Source of the DNA: Candidatus Fervidifonticultor quintus
GTDB lineage: Bacteria; Sysuimicrobiota; Sysuimicrobiia; Sysuimicrobiales; Humicultoraceae
Direction of reading: 5' to 3'
Assembly: GCA_031459535.1 (NCBI GenBank)
Contig: JAVKIJ010000001.1
Span: 1 to 64,000, forward strand
Length of the DNA stretch: 64,000 nucleotides
Numbering within the stretch: the first letter of the stretch is position 1; each line of letters opens with the position of its first letter. Below are positions 49,316 to 59,501 of the stretch, piece by piece. The position numbers and the translations under genes were made by a program. A model generated the notes under the pieces. That model ran no database searches. It saw only the letters and a program-made list of their open reading frames with translations, and was not told the DNA's origin.

Positions 49316-50313
49316 GCTGGCCGGTAGAGATCCTCAAGGCCGTCGGGCTCGCCGTCCTGATGTTCACGTTCCTGGCCGTGGTCGCCGCCATGTTCGGCGT
49401 GCTGCTGGAGCGCAAGGTGGGCGGGTGGATCCAATCGCGGCTGGGGCCCAAGCACGTGGGCCCGCAGGGCCTGTTTCAGACCCTGGCGGACACCGTGAAG
49501 CTGCTGCAGAAAGAGCACATCGCGCCGCGCGCAGCCGACCTGGCCATCTTCAACACCGCGCCGCTCATCGTGGCCGTGGCGGGATTGATGAGCTGGATCG
49601 TCATTCCGTTCGGCACCCTGGGAAACCGGGTCCTGGTGGTCCGGGACCTGAACATCGGGATTCTGTTCTTCGCGGGCATGGCCTCCATGACCGTAGTGGG
49701 CATCCTGGCCGGCGGATGGTCGTCCAACAACAAGTACTCGCTGCTCGGCGGCCTGCGCAGCGCCTCCCAGATGGTGAGCTACGAGTTGCCGTTGGGGGTC
49801 GCCCTGGTGGCGGTGGCCATGGAGGCCGGGACGCTGTCCACCGTGGGCATCGTGCAGGCCCAGGGGGGCTGGCTGGGGTCGTTCCTCTTCCGGCAGTTTC
49901 CGGCGTTTGTCATCTTCCTGATCGCGGCCACCGCCGAGGTCAACCGGGTGCCGTTCGACCTACCCGAGGCGGAGAGCGAGCTGGTGGCCGGCTACTTCTC
50001 GGAGTACACCGGCATGCGCTTCGCCCTGTTCCAGTTGGGCGAGTATGCTGAGATGTTCGGGATGGCTGCCATGGCCACCACGCTCTTCCTCGGCGGCTGG
50101 AAGGGGCCGTTCGACACCGTAGCTGGCGGTCGCTTCGCCTTCCCGGTGGCCTGGTTCCTCATCAAGATGTACCTGGTGGTGTTCTTCCTCATGTGGGTGC
50201 GGTGGACGTACCCGCGCTACCGGCTCGATCAGCTCCTGAACCTGTCGTGGAAGGTCTTGCTCCCGGCGGGGTTGGTCTGGATCCTCATCACCGGATACCG
50301 GATCACCTTCTGA
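49312..50313 (+). CDS. nuoH: NADH-quinone oxidoreductase subunit H
   Basis: ERK....Q.RLGP, SNNKYSLLGGLR, PFDLPEAESELVAGY, PRYR.DQL. Confidence 0.95.
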   Translation: MSWPVEILKAVGLAVLMFTFLAVVAAMFGVLLERKVGGWIQSRLGPKHVGPQGLFQTLADTVKLLQKEHIAPRAADLAIFNTAPLIVAVAGLMSWIVIPFGTLGNRVLVVRDLNIGILFFAGMASMTVVGILAGGWSSNNKYSLLGGLRSASQMVSYELPLGVALVAVAMEAGTLSTVGIVQAQGGWLGSFLFRQFPAFVIFLIAATAEVNRVPFDLPEAESELVAGYFSEYTGMRFALFQLGEYAEMFGMAAMATTLFLGGWKGPFDTVAGGRFAFPVAWFLIKMYLVVFFLMWVRWTYPRYRLDQLLNLSWKVLLPAGLVWILITGYRITF

Positions 50314-50315
50314 CC

Positions 50316-50807
50316 ATGGGCCAGCTCGCGGCGTTCATCGCCCTCTCGATGATCACCCTGGCGGCGGCCGTAGTCGTGGTCGGTTCCGGCAACATCGTCC
50401 GCAGCGCCCTGTCGTTGATCCCCACGTTTCTGGGGATCACGGGGCTCTATATCCTGCTCCAGGCCGAGTTCGTGGCCGGCATCCAGGTGCTCATCTATGC
50501 GGGCGCCATCACCGTGCTGATCCTCTTCGTCATCATGCTCACCGAGCACGGATCGGGCATCCGCTTCAGACAGGTCACCGAGCAGGTGCCGTTGGGGATG
50601 ATCGTCGCCGGCGGGCTGGCCGCCTTCCTGGTTGCCACGCTGGCCACCACGCCCTGGGCGCTCTCCCCGGCCACCCTGCCACAGTACACGGCCCGCGGGG
50701 TCGGCACCACGTTGTTGACCAGCATGATCCTGGTCTTCGAGGTGACCAGCCTGGTGTTGCTGGTGGCGCTGATCGGCGCCGTGGTCATCGCGCGGCGAGA
50801 ACGCTAG
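50316..50807 (+). CDS. nuoJ: NADH-quinone oxidoreductase subunit J
   Basis: AEF....QVLIYAGAI.VL.LFVIML, FE..SL.LLVA.IGA. Confidence 0.93.
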   Translation: MGQLAAFIALSMITLAAAVVVVGSGNIVRSALSLIPTFLGITGLYILLQAEFVAGIQVLIYAGAITVLILFVIMLTEHGSGIRFRQVTEQVPLGMIVAGGLAAFLVATLATTPWALSPATLPQYTARGVGTTLLTSMILVFEVTSLVLLVALIGAVVIARRER

Positions 50808-50820
50808 GCGGGAGGGCTTC

Positions 50821-51132
50821 GTGCAGCTGGGTCTGACGCATTTCCTGGTCCTGAGTGCCCTGCTGTTCTGCCTGGGTCTGTATGGGGTCCTGACGCGGCG
50901 GAACGTGGTGGCCATCCTGATGGGCATCGAGTTGATGCTGAATGCGGCCAACATCAACCTGGTGGCCTTCAACAAGTACGTGGCCCCGGCGGCGCTCCAC
51001 GGGCAGGTCTTCGCCCTGGTGGTGATCACCCTGGCGGCGTGCGAAGCGGGCGTGGGCCTGGCGCTGGTCATGTCCGCGTACCGCAACCTGGAGACCGTCC
51101 ACGTGGACGAGATCAACATCATGAAATGGTAG
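50821..51132 (+). CDS. nuoK: NADH-quinone oxidoreductase subunit K
   Basis: RRN, IELMLNA.N.N, AACEA.VGLA. Confidence 0.95.
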   Translation: MQLGLTHFLVLSALLFCLGLYGVLTRRNVVAILMGIELMLNAANINLVAFNKYVAPAALHGQVFALVVITLAACEAGVGLALVMSAYRNLETVHVDEINIMKW

Positions 51133-51135
51133 CCG

Positions 51136-53079
51136 ATGCGTGAGCTGGCCTGGCTGATCCCGGTCTTCCCCTTCGTCGCCTTCTGGCTCATCGTCGCCCT
51201 GGGCCGGCGCGCACCCGGTGAGGGCGCCTACGTGGCCATGGCCGGCATCGGTCTGTCGGCGTTGCTCTCGCTGGGCATCTTGGGCGAGATGCTCTCCGGC
51301 GCCGCGCCGTACGAGGCGAACCTTCGGTGGATGCCGTTTGGCGCCACGCCGCTCGATCTCGGCATTCGCGTGGACAACCTGACCACCCTGATGCTGCTGG
51401 TAGTGACAGTGGTCGGGTCCATGATCTTCATCTACTCCATCGGATACATGCACGGTGATCCGCGCTACCCGCGGTTCTTCGCCTACATGTCCCTGTTCGC
51501 CGCCTCGATGCTGCTGCTGGTGCTGGCGAACAACCTGGTCTTTCTGTACGTGGGCTGGGAACTGGTGGGGCTGTGCTCGTACCTGCTGATCGGCTTCTAC
51601 TTCGAACGGCCGTCCGCGGCCCGGGCGTCGATGAAAGCCTTCGTCACCACCCGGGTCGGCGATTTCTTCATGTTCCTGGGCATCTTGCTCGTCTTCCTCA
51701 CCGTCGGCACCTTCCGGTTCGAGGAGATCTTCGCCAGCGTGCGCCAGGGTGCCCTGGACGCCCGGACGGTGGGCGGGTTGCCGCTGGTCACCGTGGCCGC
51801 CGTGCTGCTGTTTGGAGGCGCCGTGGGGAAGTCGGCCCAGCTCCCTCTGCACACGTGGCTGCCCGACGCGATGGAAGGCCCGACCCCGGTCTCGGCCCTG
51901 ATCCATGCCGCAACCATGGTCGCGGCCGGCGTCTACATGGTGGCCCGGCTGTATACGCTCTTCTTTCAGTCGGCGGGGCACGCGGCACTGACCGTGGTAG
52001 CGTGGATCGGCGGCGCCACGGCGCTTATGGCCGCCACCATTGCGGTGACCCAGGACGATATCAAGCGGGTGCTGGCCTACTCCACCATTAGCCAGCTGGG
52101 CCTGATGATGCTGGGCCTGGGCGTCCTGGGCTACACCGCGGGGATGTTCCACCTGATGACGCACGCCTTCTTCAAGGCCCTCCTCTTCCTGGGCGCTGGC
52201 AGCGTCATCCATGCCATGCACACCAACGACATCAAGGAGATGGGCGGCCTGGGCAAGGTCATGCCGTCCACCTACTGGACGTTTCTGATCGGGACCCTGG
52301 CCCTCTCTGGCGTGCCGCCGTTCGCCGGCTTCTGGAGCAAGGACGAGATCCTGCTGGAAGCGTACCACCACAATCCGGCGCTGTTTGCCCTGGGAGCGCT
52401 CACGTCGCTGCTGACCGCGTTCTACATGTTTCGGGTGATCTTCTACACATTTAGCGGCACGTTGCGCAGCCACCACGCGCACCCCCACGAGAGCCCGCCA
52501 GTGATGACGCGGCCGCTGTGGGTGTTGGCCATTTTCTCGGCGCTGGTGGGCCTGGTGGGCGCGCCATTCCTCGGAGCTCCGGTCGGCCACTTCATCACAT
52601 TTGAGGGCATCGAGCACATCCCGTTCAGCGTGCAGATGGCTCTGGCCTCCACGGCGATTGCCGGGGTCGGCATCCTGGCCGCAGCGGCCGTGTACTACTG
52701 GAAGATCGTGCCGTCCTCGGCGCTGCGGCAGGCGGCGGGGCCGCTGTTCACCCTGGTGTCGAACAAGTACTACGTGGACGAACTCTACGGCGCGGTCTTT
52801 GTGCGCCCGACGGTGGCCGTGGCGGGATTCCTGCGCAACTTCGACGTCTACGTGGTGGACCTGATCGTCAACCTGTTTGGGTTCGTGGGCGTGGGGCTGG
52901 CCCGCCTGTACCGCGCCTTCGACCTCTATGTGGTGGACGGCGTGGTGAATCTCGTGGGCTGGATGGCGAAGGCGGCGGGCGGGACGCTGCGCTACGTACA
53001 GACGGGTCGCGCGCAGAACTACCTGCTGGTCATTGCCCTGGGCGTGATCGTGCTGCTGGCGGCCGGCCTGTTCCGCTAG
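51136..53079 (+). CDS. nuoL: NADH-quinone oxidoreductase subunit L
   Basis: GWE.VGLCSYLLIGF, GKSAQ.PLH.WLPDAMEGPTPVSALIHAATMV, HAFFKALLFL. Confidence 0.95.
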   Translation: MRELAWLIPVFPFVAFWLIVALGRRAPGEGAYVAMAGIGLSALLSLGILGEMLSGAAPYEANLRWMPFGATPLDLGIRVDNLTTLMLLVVTVVGSMIFIYSIGYMHGDPRYPRFFAYMSLFAASMLLLVLANNLVFLYVGWELVGLCSYLLIGFYFERPSAARASMKAFVTTRVGDFFMFLGILLVFLTVGTFRFEEIFASVRQGALDARTVGGLPLVTVAAVLLFGGAVGKSAQLPLHTWLPDAMEGPTPVSALIHAATMVAAGVYMVARLYTLFFQSAGHAALTVVAWIGGATALMAATIAVTQDDIKRVLAYSTISQLGLMMLGLGVLGYTAGMFHLMTHAFFKALLFLGAGSVIHAMHTNDIKEMGGLGKVMPSTYWTFLIGTLALSGVPPFAGFWSKDEILLEAYHHNPALFALGALTSLLTAFYMFRVIFYTFSGTLRSHHAHPHESPPVMTRPLWVLAIFSALVGLVGAPFLGAPVGHFITFEGIEHIPFSVQMALASTAIAGVGILAAAAVYYWKIVPSSALRQAAGPLFTLVSNKYYVDELYGAVFVRPTVAVAGFLRNFDVYVVDLIVNLFGFVGVGLARLYRAFDLYVVDGVVNLVGWMAKAAGGTLRYVQTGRAQNYLLVIALGVIVLLAAGLFR

Positions 53080-53105
53080 CGGGGGGCAGAGGAGGACACC
53101 ACGGC

Positions 53106-54614
53106 ATGGATCGGTACCTGCTGACCATCACCACCTTCCTGCCGCTGCTCGGCGGAGTCATCATTCTGTTGATTCCCAAGGATCAGGAGCGCCAGATGCG
53201 CGAGGTGGCCCTGACCACCTCGGTGCTGACGTTCTTGCTCTCGCTGTTGCTGCTCGGGCCGTTCGAGATCGGGAAGACCGGGATGCAGCTGGTGGAGCGT
53301 TACGCCTGGATCCCCACCATCGGCATCAACTACCACCTGGGCGTGGATGGACTCAGCCTGCCGCTGGTCATCCTGACCACGCTGCTCAGCGTGGTTTCCA
53401 TCGTGTACTCGTGGCGGATCGACGTACGGCTGCGGGAGTACCTGTTCCTCTTCCTCCTGCTGGAAACGGGCATGCTGGGCGTGTTCGTGGCCCTGGACTT
53501 CTTTCTCTTCTATGTCTTCTGGGAGATCACGCTGGTCCCGATGTACTTTCTGATCGGCATCTGGGGCGGGCCACGCAAGGAGTACGCTGCCATCAAGTTC
53601 TTCCTCTACACATTGATCGGGTCCCTGGCTATGCTGCTGGCGATCCTGCTCCTCTACTTCAACGCCTCGCCGCGCACGTTCGGCATCCTGGACCTAATCC
53701 AGCAGCAGCCGCTGGCCCGCGCGCCTTTGCTGGCCGCGCTGGCATTCTGGGGATTCTTCCTGTCGTTCGCCATCAAGGTGCCCATGTGGCCCTTCCACAC
53801 CTGGCTGCCCGACGCCCATGTGGAGGCGCCGACGGCCGGCAGCGTGATCCTGGCCGGCATCCTGCTGAAGCTGGGCACCTACGGTTTCGTGCGGGTCAGC
53901 TTGCCGATGTTCCCCGAGACGTTCAAGCAGTACGCGTTCTTCATCGCGATCCTGGCCCTGCTGGGGATCACCTACGGCGCGCTGGTCGCCATGGCGCAGT
54001 CCGACCTGAAGAAGCTCGTGGCGTACTCCAGCGTCAACCACATGGGCTACGTGATGCTGGGCGTGTCCGCGGCTGCCGGCGCCGTGGGCGTGGCCGAGAA
54101 GGCCGCAGCCGCCACGGTGGCGCTCAACGGCGCCGTCTTCGAGATGGTGGCCCACGGGATCATCACCGGCGCCCTGTTCCTGATCGTGGGCGTGATCTAT
54201 GACTACCGGGCCCACGTGCGGGGGGTGAACGACTTCGGCGGATTGGGCGCCATCCTGCCCAAGTACACCGGCATCACCACCATGGCCATGCTGGCGTCGC
54301 TGGGCCTGCCGGGGCTGATGGGATTCGTGGCAGAGTTCTTGGTCTTCGTGGGGTCGTTCGGCGTCTTCCCTGAGCTCACCGTGATCGCCGTGACGGGTGT
54401 GATCTTCACCGCCGCCATGTTCCTCTGGACCATCCAGCGGATCTTCCTGGGGCCGAAGAACCCCAGGTGGGAGACCCTGCCCGACCTGGACAGACGCGAA
54501 GCCTGGTCGCTGATGCCCCTGGCCGCGCTCATGCTCATCTTCGGGATCTACCCGAAGCCGCTGCTGGACATCATCAACACCGCCATGACCGGCCTGGTCG
54601 CCGCGCTGAAGTAG
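53106..54614 (+). CDS. nuoM: NADH-quinone oxidoreductase subunit M
   Basis: FYVFWE, K.P..PFHTWLPDAHVEAPT, LLKLG.YG, AYSSV.HMG. Confidence 0.95.
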   Translation: MDRYLLTITTFLPLLGGVIILLIPKDQERQMREVALTTSVLTFLLSLLLLGPFEIGKTGMQLVERYAWIPTIGINYHLGVDGLSLPLVILTTLLSVVSIVYSWRIDVRLREYLFLFLLLETGMLGVFVALDFFLFYVFWEITLVPMYFLIGIWGGPRKEYAAIKFFLYTLIGSLAMLLAILLLYFNASPRTFGILDLIQQQPLARAPLLAALAFWGFFLSFAIKVPMWPFHTWLPDAHVEAPTAGSVILAGILLKLGTYGFVRVSLPMFPETFKQYAFFIAILALLGITYGALVAMAQSDLKKLVAYSSVNHMGYVMLGVSAAAGAVGVAEKAAAATVALNGAVFEMVAHGIITGALFLIVGVIYDYRAHVRGVNDFGGLGAILPKYTGITTMAMLASLGLPGLMGFVAEFLVFVGSFGVFPELTVIAVTGVIFTAAMFLWTIQRIFLGPKNPRWETLPDLDRREAWSLMPLAALMLIFGIYPKPLLDIINTAMTGLVAALK

Positions 54615-54623
54615 GGACCGCCG

Positions 54624-56066
54624 ATGCCGCTGCCGCCTGAGGATTTCTGGTCTATCGTCCCGGAACTGTGGCTGGCCGGGCTGGGGCTGGCCCTGCTCCT
54701 CCTCGATCTGGTCCTGCCAGCCGAGCGGAAGACGGCCGTGGGCTGGGCCGCAGTGGTCGGGCTGGCGTTGAGCCTGATCCCGATCTTCGGGATGCTGCAG
54801 ACGACGCCGCGGACGGTCTTCTTCAACACCTACGCAGTGGACGGGTTCGCCGTCTTCTTCAAGCTGATCGCGGTCGCCTCCACGATCCTGGTGATCCTCT
54901 CGGCGATGGACGTGGTGCGCGGGAGGACACAGTTCGAGGGCGAGCTGTACATCCTGCTCACGTTCACGGCTCTGGCACTGTGCCTGATGGCCGGCAGTGC
55001 CGACTTGATCCTGCTGGCCCTGTCCATCGAGTTCGTCAGCCTCTGCTCGTACGTCATGGCCGGGTACTTCAAGGCCGACCCCAAGAGCAACGAGGCCGGT
55101 ATCAAGTACTTCCTGTTCGGCGCCAGCGCATCGGCGGTGATGATCTACGGATTCTCGATCCTCTACGGGCTGACGGGCCAGACGAGTCTGTACGCCATTG
55201 CCGACGCGGTGCGGACCGCGCCCCAGCCGGCGTTGATCGCAGCGCTGGCGCTGGCGCTGGCGGGCTTCGGGTTCAAGATCTCGATGGTGCCCTTCCACCA
55301 GTGGACGCCGGACGTCTACGAGGGCGCCCCCACGCCGGTGGCGGCCTACCTGTCGGTGGCGTCCAAGGCGGCGGGCTTCGCGGCGCTGGTGCGGCTGCTG
55401 GTGGTCGCCGTGGCGCCCAGCGCCCTGGACTGGGTGACGCTGGTCGCCGGTCTGTCGGCGCTCACCATGACCGTCGGCAACCTGCTGGCGCTGCCCCAGC
55501 GCAACATCAAGCGCATGCTGGCGTACTCCAGCATCTCGCATGCCGGGTTCCTGTTGATGGGCGTGGCCGCCTACCGGGGCGACTTCGGTGCGCCGGGGTT
55601 GCTCATCTACATCCTGGCGTATACCTTCACGAACCTGGGCGCGTTCTTCGTAGCCGTGGTCGTGGGCCAGCGTCTGGCCTCCGACGAGATCCCGGACTAC
55701 GCCGGGCTGGCCCAGCGGGCGCCTGGGCTGGCGCTCCTGATGGCGCTGTTCATGCTCTCGCTCACCGGTATTCCGCCCACCGCAGGGTTTTTCGGCAAGT
55801 TCTACGTCTTCGGGGCCGCGGTCAGCAATCAGTTGTTGTGGCTGGCCCTCGTCGGGGTCACGAACAGCGTGGTGGCTCTGTACTACTATGTAGGCGTCAT
55901 CCGGGTGATGTACCTGCTGCCGGCGCCCTCACCTGAGGGCGTGCGCGAACCAGCAGCCCTGCGCCTGGCCCTGGGTATCGCCGCGCTGGGCGTGCTGGTC
56001 ATGGGCCTCTTCCCTCAGCCGTTCATCGGTCTGGTCACCGCTGCGGCGCTGCTGCTACGGCTGTAG
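54624..56066 (+). CDS. nuoN: NADH-quinone oxidoreductase subunit N
   Basis: EAG.KYF..G, FK...VPFHQW.PDVYEGAPTP, KRMLAYSSI.HAG, GIPP.AGF.GK. Confidence 0.95.
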   Translation: MPLPPEDFWSIVPELWLAGLGLALLLLDLVLPAERKTAVGWAAVVGLALSLIPIFGMLQTTPRTVFFNTYAVDGFAVFFKLIAVASTILVILSAMDVVRGRTQFEGELYILLTFTALALCLMAGSADLILLALSIEFVSLCSYVMAGYFKADPKSNEAGIKYFLFGASASAVMIYGFSILYGLTGQTSLYAIADAVRTAPQPALIAALALALAGFGFKISMVPFHQWTPDVYEGAPTPVAAYLSVASKAAGFAALVRLLVVAVAPSALDWVTLVAGLSALTMTVGNLLALPQRNIKRMLAYSSISHAGFLLMGVAAYRGDFGAPGLLIYILAYTFTNLGAFFVAVVVGQRLASDEIPDYAGLAQRAPGLALLMALFMLSLTGIPPTAGFFGKFYVFGAAVSNQLLWLALVGVTNSVVALYYYVGVIRVMYLLPAPSPEGVREPAALRLALGIAALGVLVMGLFPQPFIGLVTAAALLLRL

Positions 56067-56142
56067 CGCCCCGCACCGGAGGACGCTTCGCGTCGCCAGC
56101 ATGGGATCGCGCAAACCCGCGTCGGTGCTGCTTTTCGGTGCC

Positions 56143-56171
56143 TTGACGTGGGGTAGGGGCTCTGCTATCTT
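56143..56171 (+). promoter_or_regulatory. sigma70-type promoter of the V/A-ATPase operon
   Basis: TTGACG, 17-nt spacer, TATCTT with an upstream TG (extended -10). Confidence 0.65.
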
Positions 56172-56240
56172 CACGATGTGTGCCCCCAGGGCCCACGTCC
56201 TGGGGGTTTCGTGTGACGAATTCCCGAGGGGCTCAAACGC

Positions 56241-56594
56241 ATGGAGGCGGAGAAGGCAGCGCACGGGAGTGGCCACCACGCCAACGACAACCTCCTTCAG
56301 ATCATCGCCGCAAAGGAAAAGGAACTCGAGATGCAGCTCGCCGCCGCCCGGGCCGAAGCCGCCGCTCTCGTCGCCGCGGCCCGCGCCGAGGCCGAGCGGA
56401 TCGCGCGGGAGGGCCAGGAGCAGGCGACCCGTCTGATCCGCGAGTACCAAGAGCGCATCAGCGCCGCCACCGCCCGGATCCAGCGTGAGGCCGAGGCCAG
56501 AGCGGCCACCGAGGTGGAGGCCCTCCGCCGGCAGGCTACGGCGCGGGCCCAGGCGGCCGTGCGGACCGTCGTCGAGCGGGTCATCAAAGGTTGA
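56241..56594 (+). CDS. V/A-type ATP synthase peripheral stalk subunit G/H
   Basis: Ala/Glu/Arg coiled coil; first gene of the operon, as in Thermus. Confidence 0.75.
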   Translation: MEAEKAAHGSGHHANDNLLQIIAAKEKELEMQLAAARAEAAALVAAARAEAERIAREGQEQATRLIREYQERISAATARIQREAEARAATEVEALRRQATARAQAAVRTVVERVIKG

Positions 56595-56598
56595 TCCC

Positions 56599-58566
56599 AT
56601 GATTGTAGCCATGTCCCGGGTGCTGGTCGTCGGCCCCAAGCGGCTGCTCGGTGATGTCCTGCGGGAAGTACAGCGCGTGGGCGCCGTCCACGTGGAGCAC
56701 CTGGAGACAGCCAGCGAGGGCATTGGGGCGCTCAAGCTCGACGAACGGGCGGCGGCCGAGCAGGGCCGGTTGGAGGCCATGCGCACGCGCATCGACGGCC
56801 TGCTGGGGTTGCTCCCTCACGTGTCCGGGCCCGACCTGCGGCAGCGGCCCGGATCCGACAGCCCTTCCGGCGACAGCCTCGAGGACCTCGAAGCCGGCAT
56901 CTCGGCCGTCGAGGCCGAAGTCCACGAGCTGAGCCGCCGTCGTCTCGAGGCCGAAGACGAGCTTGAACTCATCCACACCTATGAAGGTGCCGTCCGGGCC
57001 CTCTCTCCGCTGCTCGATGCGCTGGCCGGCAGCAGGGCGCTGGAGACCATCGGCTTCATTCTTCGCGGCAAGGACCTCACGGTGGTCACCGCCATCCGCA
57101 ATCAGCTCCGCGAGCTCACCGAGGGGCGCGTCGAGGTCGTGAGCCGGACCATCGAGGAGGGCAAGATCGGCGTCGTCGTGGCGTTCCTGCGGCGTGACGG
57201 CGAGACCGTGCGGGGGTTCCTGACGCGTGCCGGTGTGGCCGAGCTCCGCCTGCCAGCACGCTACGCCGAGTACGGGCCGGCGGAGGCCGTCCGGCTCATG
57301 GCCCAGCGCCGCGCCGCGCTCCCCGGGGAACTGTCGAGTATCGCGTCTGCGCTGGCCGACGCCGCTCGCCGGCACCGCCCCTGGTTGACGGCGGTGCGCG
57401 GCAGGATCGCCGACCACCTGGCCCGGCTGCACGTGGCGTCGCAGTTGGGCGCCTCGCGGTACGTCTTCATCCTGCACGGCTGGGCTCCCGCGGCCAAGGT
57501 GCCCGGGTTGCGTGAGGCGCTCCGTCGCCGGTTCGGCCAGGAAGTCGTCATCGAGGACGCCCCGGTCGATCCCCACCGCACGAGAGAGGTGCCGGTGCTG
57601 CTGGACAACCCGCCCCTCCTGCGGCCCTTCCAGCGCCTGCTGGGCCTGTTCAAGCCGCCCCGGTACGGTACCCTGGATCCGACGCTCTACCTGGCAATCT
57701 TCTTTCCCATTTTCGTCGGCGTCGTGATCGGGGACGTGGCCTACGGCGCCCTGCTCTTCGTGTTTGGCTGGTGGCTGCGCAACAAGGGCCGCCGAGGCGA
57801 GACCTGGGACATCGCGCTGGGGCCCATCCGGCTGGGCATGCGCGTAGAGCCCGAGGTCATCGCCGACCTGTCGTGGATCGTCCGGATCATGGCAATCTGG
57901 GCCATGCTCTTCGGTGTGCTCTACCTGGAGGTGTTCGGCAACCTCATCGAGCACCACCTCGGGCTCCACCCCGTCTTCAACCGGGTGGAGCTGGCCACGT
58001 CGTTCTTTCGTCTCACCGTGGCGCTCGGTATCGTTCAGGTGACCCTGGGCAACATCCTGCATCTGATCCTGGCGCTGCGGCACAGGCATGCCGGCGGTGT
58101 CTTCGAGTCCCTGGCGCTCATCTGCGGTGTCGTGGGGCTCCTGGCCGTGCTGGGCGCCATGAGCAACCAGCTCCCGAGGACATTCTTCACACCGGGGGTG
58201 GCGCTCCTGGCCGCGTTTCTGCTGTTCTTCCTCGTCGGGTTTGTCTTCAACCGGTTCGCGCCCATGTGGTTGCTCGAGGCCGTCTCGGGGATGGGCAATG
58301 TGCTCTCCTATGCGCGGTTGTTCGGTGTCGGGCTGGCCGCGGCGGTGCTGGCCAACGTCTCCAACCAGCTCGGGGGGATGATGGGCCCGGTCTGGATCGG
58401 CGTGTTCGTGGGGATCGTCATCCAAATATTCTTCTTCGTCTTCACGTTGCCCGGCCACATCATCCAGCCCGCCCGTCTCAACTGGGTCGAATTTCTCACC
58501 AAGGTGAAGTACCACGACGAGACCGGCAACTCATACCGCCCGCTGAAGACCACAGGAGGTGACTAG
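56599..58566 (+). CDS. ntpI: V/A-type ATP synthase subunit I (a)
   Basis: P.YG..DPT, GD..YG, LSYAR, RL.WVEF. Confidence 0.92.
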   Translation: MIVAMSRVLVVGPKRLLGDVLREVQRVGAVHVEHLETASEGIGALKLDERAAAEQGRLEAMRTRIDGLLGLLPHVSGPDLRQRPGSDSPSGDSLEDLEAGISAVEAEVHELSRRRLEAEDELELIHTYEGAVRALSPLLDALAGSRALETIGFILRGKDLTVVTAIRNQLRELTEGRVEVVSRTIEEGKIGVVVAFLRRDGETVRGFLTRAGVAELRLPARYAEYGPAEAVRLMAQRRAALPGELSSIASALADAARRHRPWLTAVRGRIADHLARLHVASQLGASRYVFILHGWAPAAKVPGLREALRRRFGQEVVIEDAPVDPHRTREVPVLLDNPPLLRPFQRLLGLFKPPRYGTLDPTLYLAIFFPIFVGVVIGDVAYGALLFVFGWWLRNKGRRGETWDIALGPIRLGMRVEPEVIADLSWIVRIMAIWAMLFGVLYLEVFGNLIEHHLGLHPVFNRVELATSFFRLTVALGIVQVTLGNILHLILALRHRHAGGVFESLALICGVVGLLAVLGAMSNQLPRTFFTPGVALLAAFLLFFLVGFVFNRFAPMWLLEAVSGMGNVLSYARLFGVGLAAAVLANVSNQLGGMMGPVWIGVFVGIVIQIFFFVFTLPGHIIQPARLNWVEFLTKVKYHDETGNSYRPLKTTGGD

Positions 58567-58567
58567 G

Positions 58568-58894
58568 TTGAAGAAGACTCTGTTCGTATGCGCCGCCCTG
58601 GCGGCAGTCCTGCTGTTCGGCACGACGGGCGTCCTGGCAGCCGAGGCACCGCCCGCCGAAGCCGCGAAGGGCCTGACGCTGGCTCACGGTCTGCTGGCTC
58701 TGGCCGCGGCGCTGGCGGTGGCCTTCGGCGCTGCCGGCACCGCGTGGGCGCAGTCCCGGATCGGTTCGGCTGCGGCTGGCGCGATGGCCGAGCGCCCGGA
58801 GATCGGCGGGCAGATGCTGATCTTCCTGGTGCTGCCCGAGACGATGATCATCCTCGGCTTCGTGATCGCGTTCTTCATCCTCGGCAAGATTTAG
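58568..58894 (+). CDS. ntpK: V/A-type ATP synthase subunit K (c, proteolipid)
   Basis: AQ.RIG.A..G..AE, LPET; TTG start after AGGAGG; N-terminal signal-like extension. Confidence 0.92.
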   Translation: MKKTLFVCAALAAVLLFGTTGVLAAEAPPAEAAKGLTLAHGLLALAAALAVAFGAAGTAWAQSRIGSAAAGAMAERPEIGGQMLIFLVLPETMIILGFVIAFFILGKI

Positions 58895-58904
58895 TACGGC
58901 GCCG

Positions 58905-59489
58905 GTGGCCACCAGCTCTGAACTCATCACGCTGCTCGAGCGCGAAGCGGCGGCGGAACGCGAGCAGATCCTCAGCGACGCCAGGGCGCAGGCCGAACGA
59001 ATCCTGGCCGACGCGAGGCGCGAGGCCGAGGCGTACGTGGCCGCCACGCGCGATCGCCTGGCTGGCGAGGAGAAGGCGGCGCTGGTCAAGGCGCATAGCA
59101 CCGCGGCGCTGCGGGCATCCTCCATGGTCCTCCAGGCCAAGGAGCAGGAGATCGCCCGGGTCTTTACCACCGCCGAAGCCGATCTGGCGGCGTTCAACCG
59201 GGATCAGACCCGGTATCCCCAGGCGCTCCTCGCGTTCATAGAGGAGGGCTTGCAGGGGTTCCCGGCGCACGCGGTGGTGACGGTCAACCCCGCCGACCAG
59301 GCAGTGGTCCACGATCTGGTGCGCCTGCGGGGATGGCAGGTGACGGTCCGGGCCGATCCCAGCGTCTGGGGCGGCGCGCGGATCATGTCTCCGGACGGAC
59401 GCTTCATGGTTACCAACACTTTGGCATCCCGCCTCGAGCGTGCCAAGCCGGCGCTGGCTGCAGAAGTGGCGAAGATCCTTTGGGAGTGA
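58905..59489 (+). CDS. ntpE: V/A-type ATP synthase subunit E
   Basis: N-terminal coiled coil, GG....S.DG...V.NTL..RL, C-terminal ILW. Confidence 0.88.
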   Translation: MATSSELITLLEREAAAEREQILSDARAQAERILADARREAEAYVAATRDRLAGEEKAALVKAHSTAALRASSMVLQAKEQEIARVFTTAEADLAAFNRDQTRYPQALLAFIEEGLQGFPAHAVVTVNPADQAVVHDLVRLRGWQVTVRADPSVWGGARIMSPDGRFMVTNTLASRLERAKPALAAEVAKILWE

Positions 59490-59501
59490 CGCTCGAGCTC
59501 C

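Noticed and set aside
51136-56066. Mrp-type Na+/H+ antiporter operon
   Set aside because: NuoA and NuoH are present and MrpE/F/G-like genes are absent.
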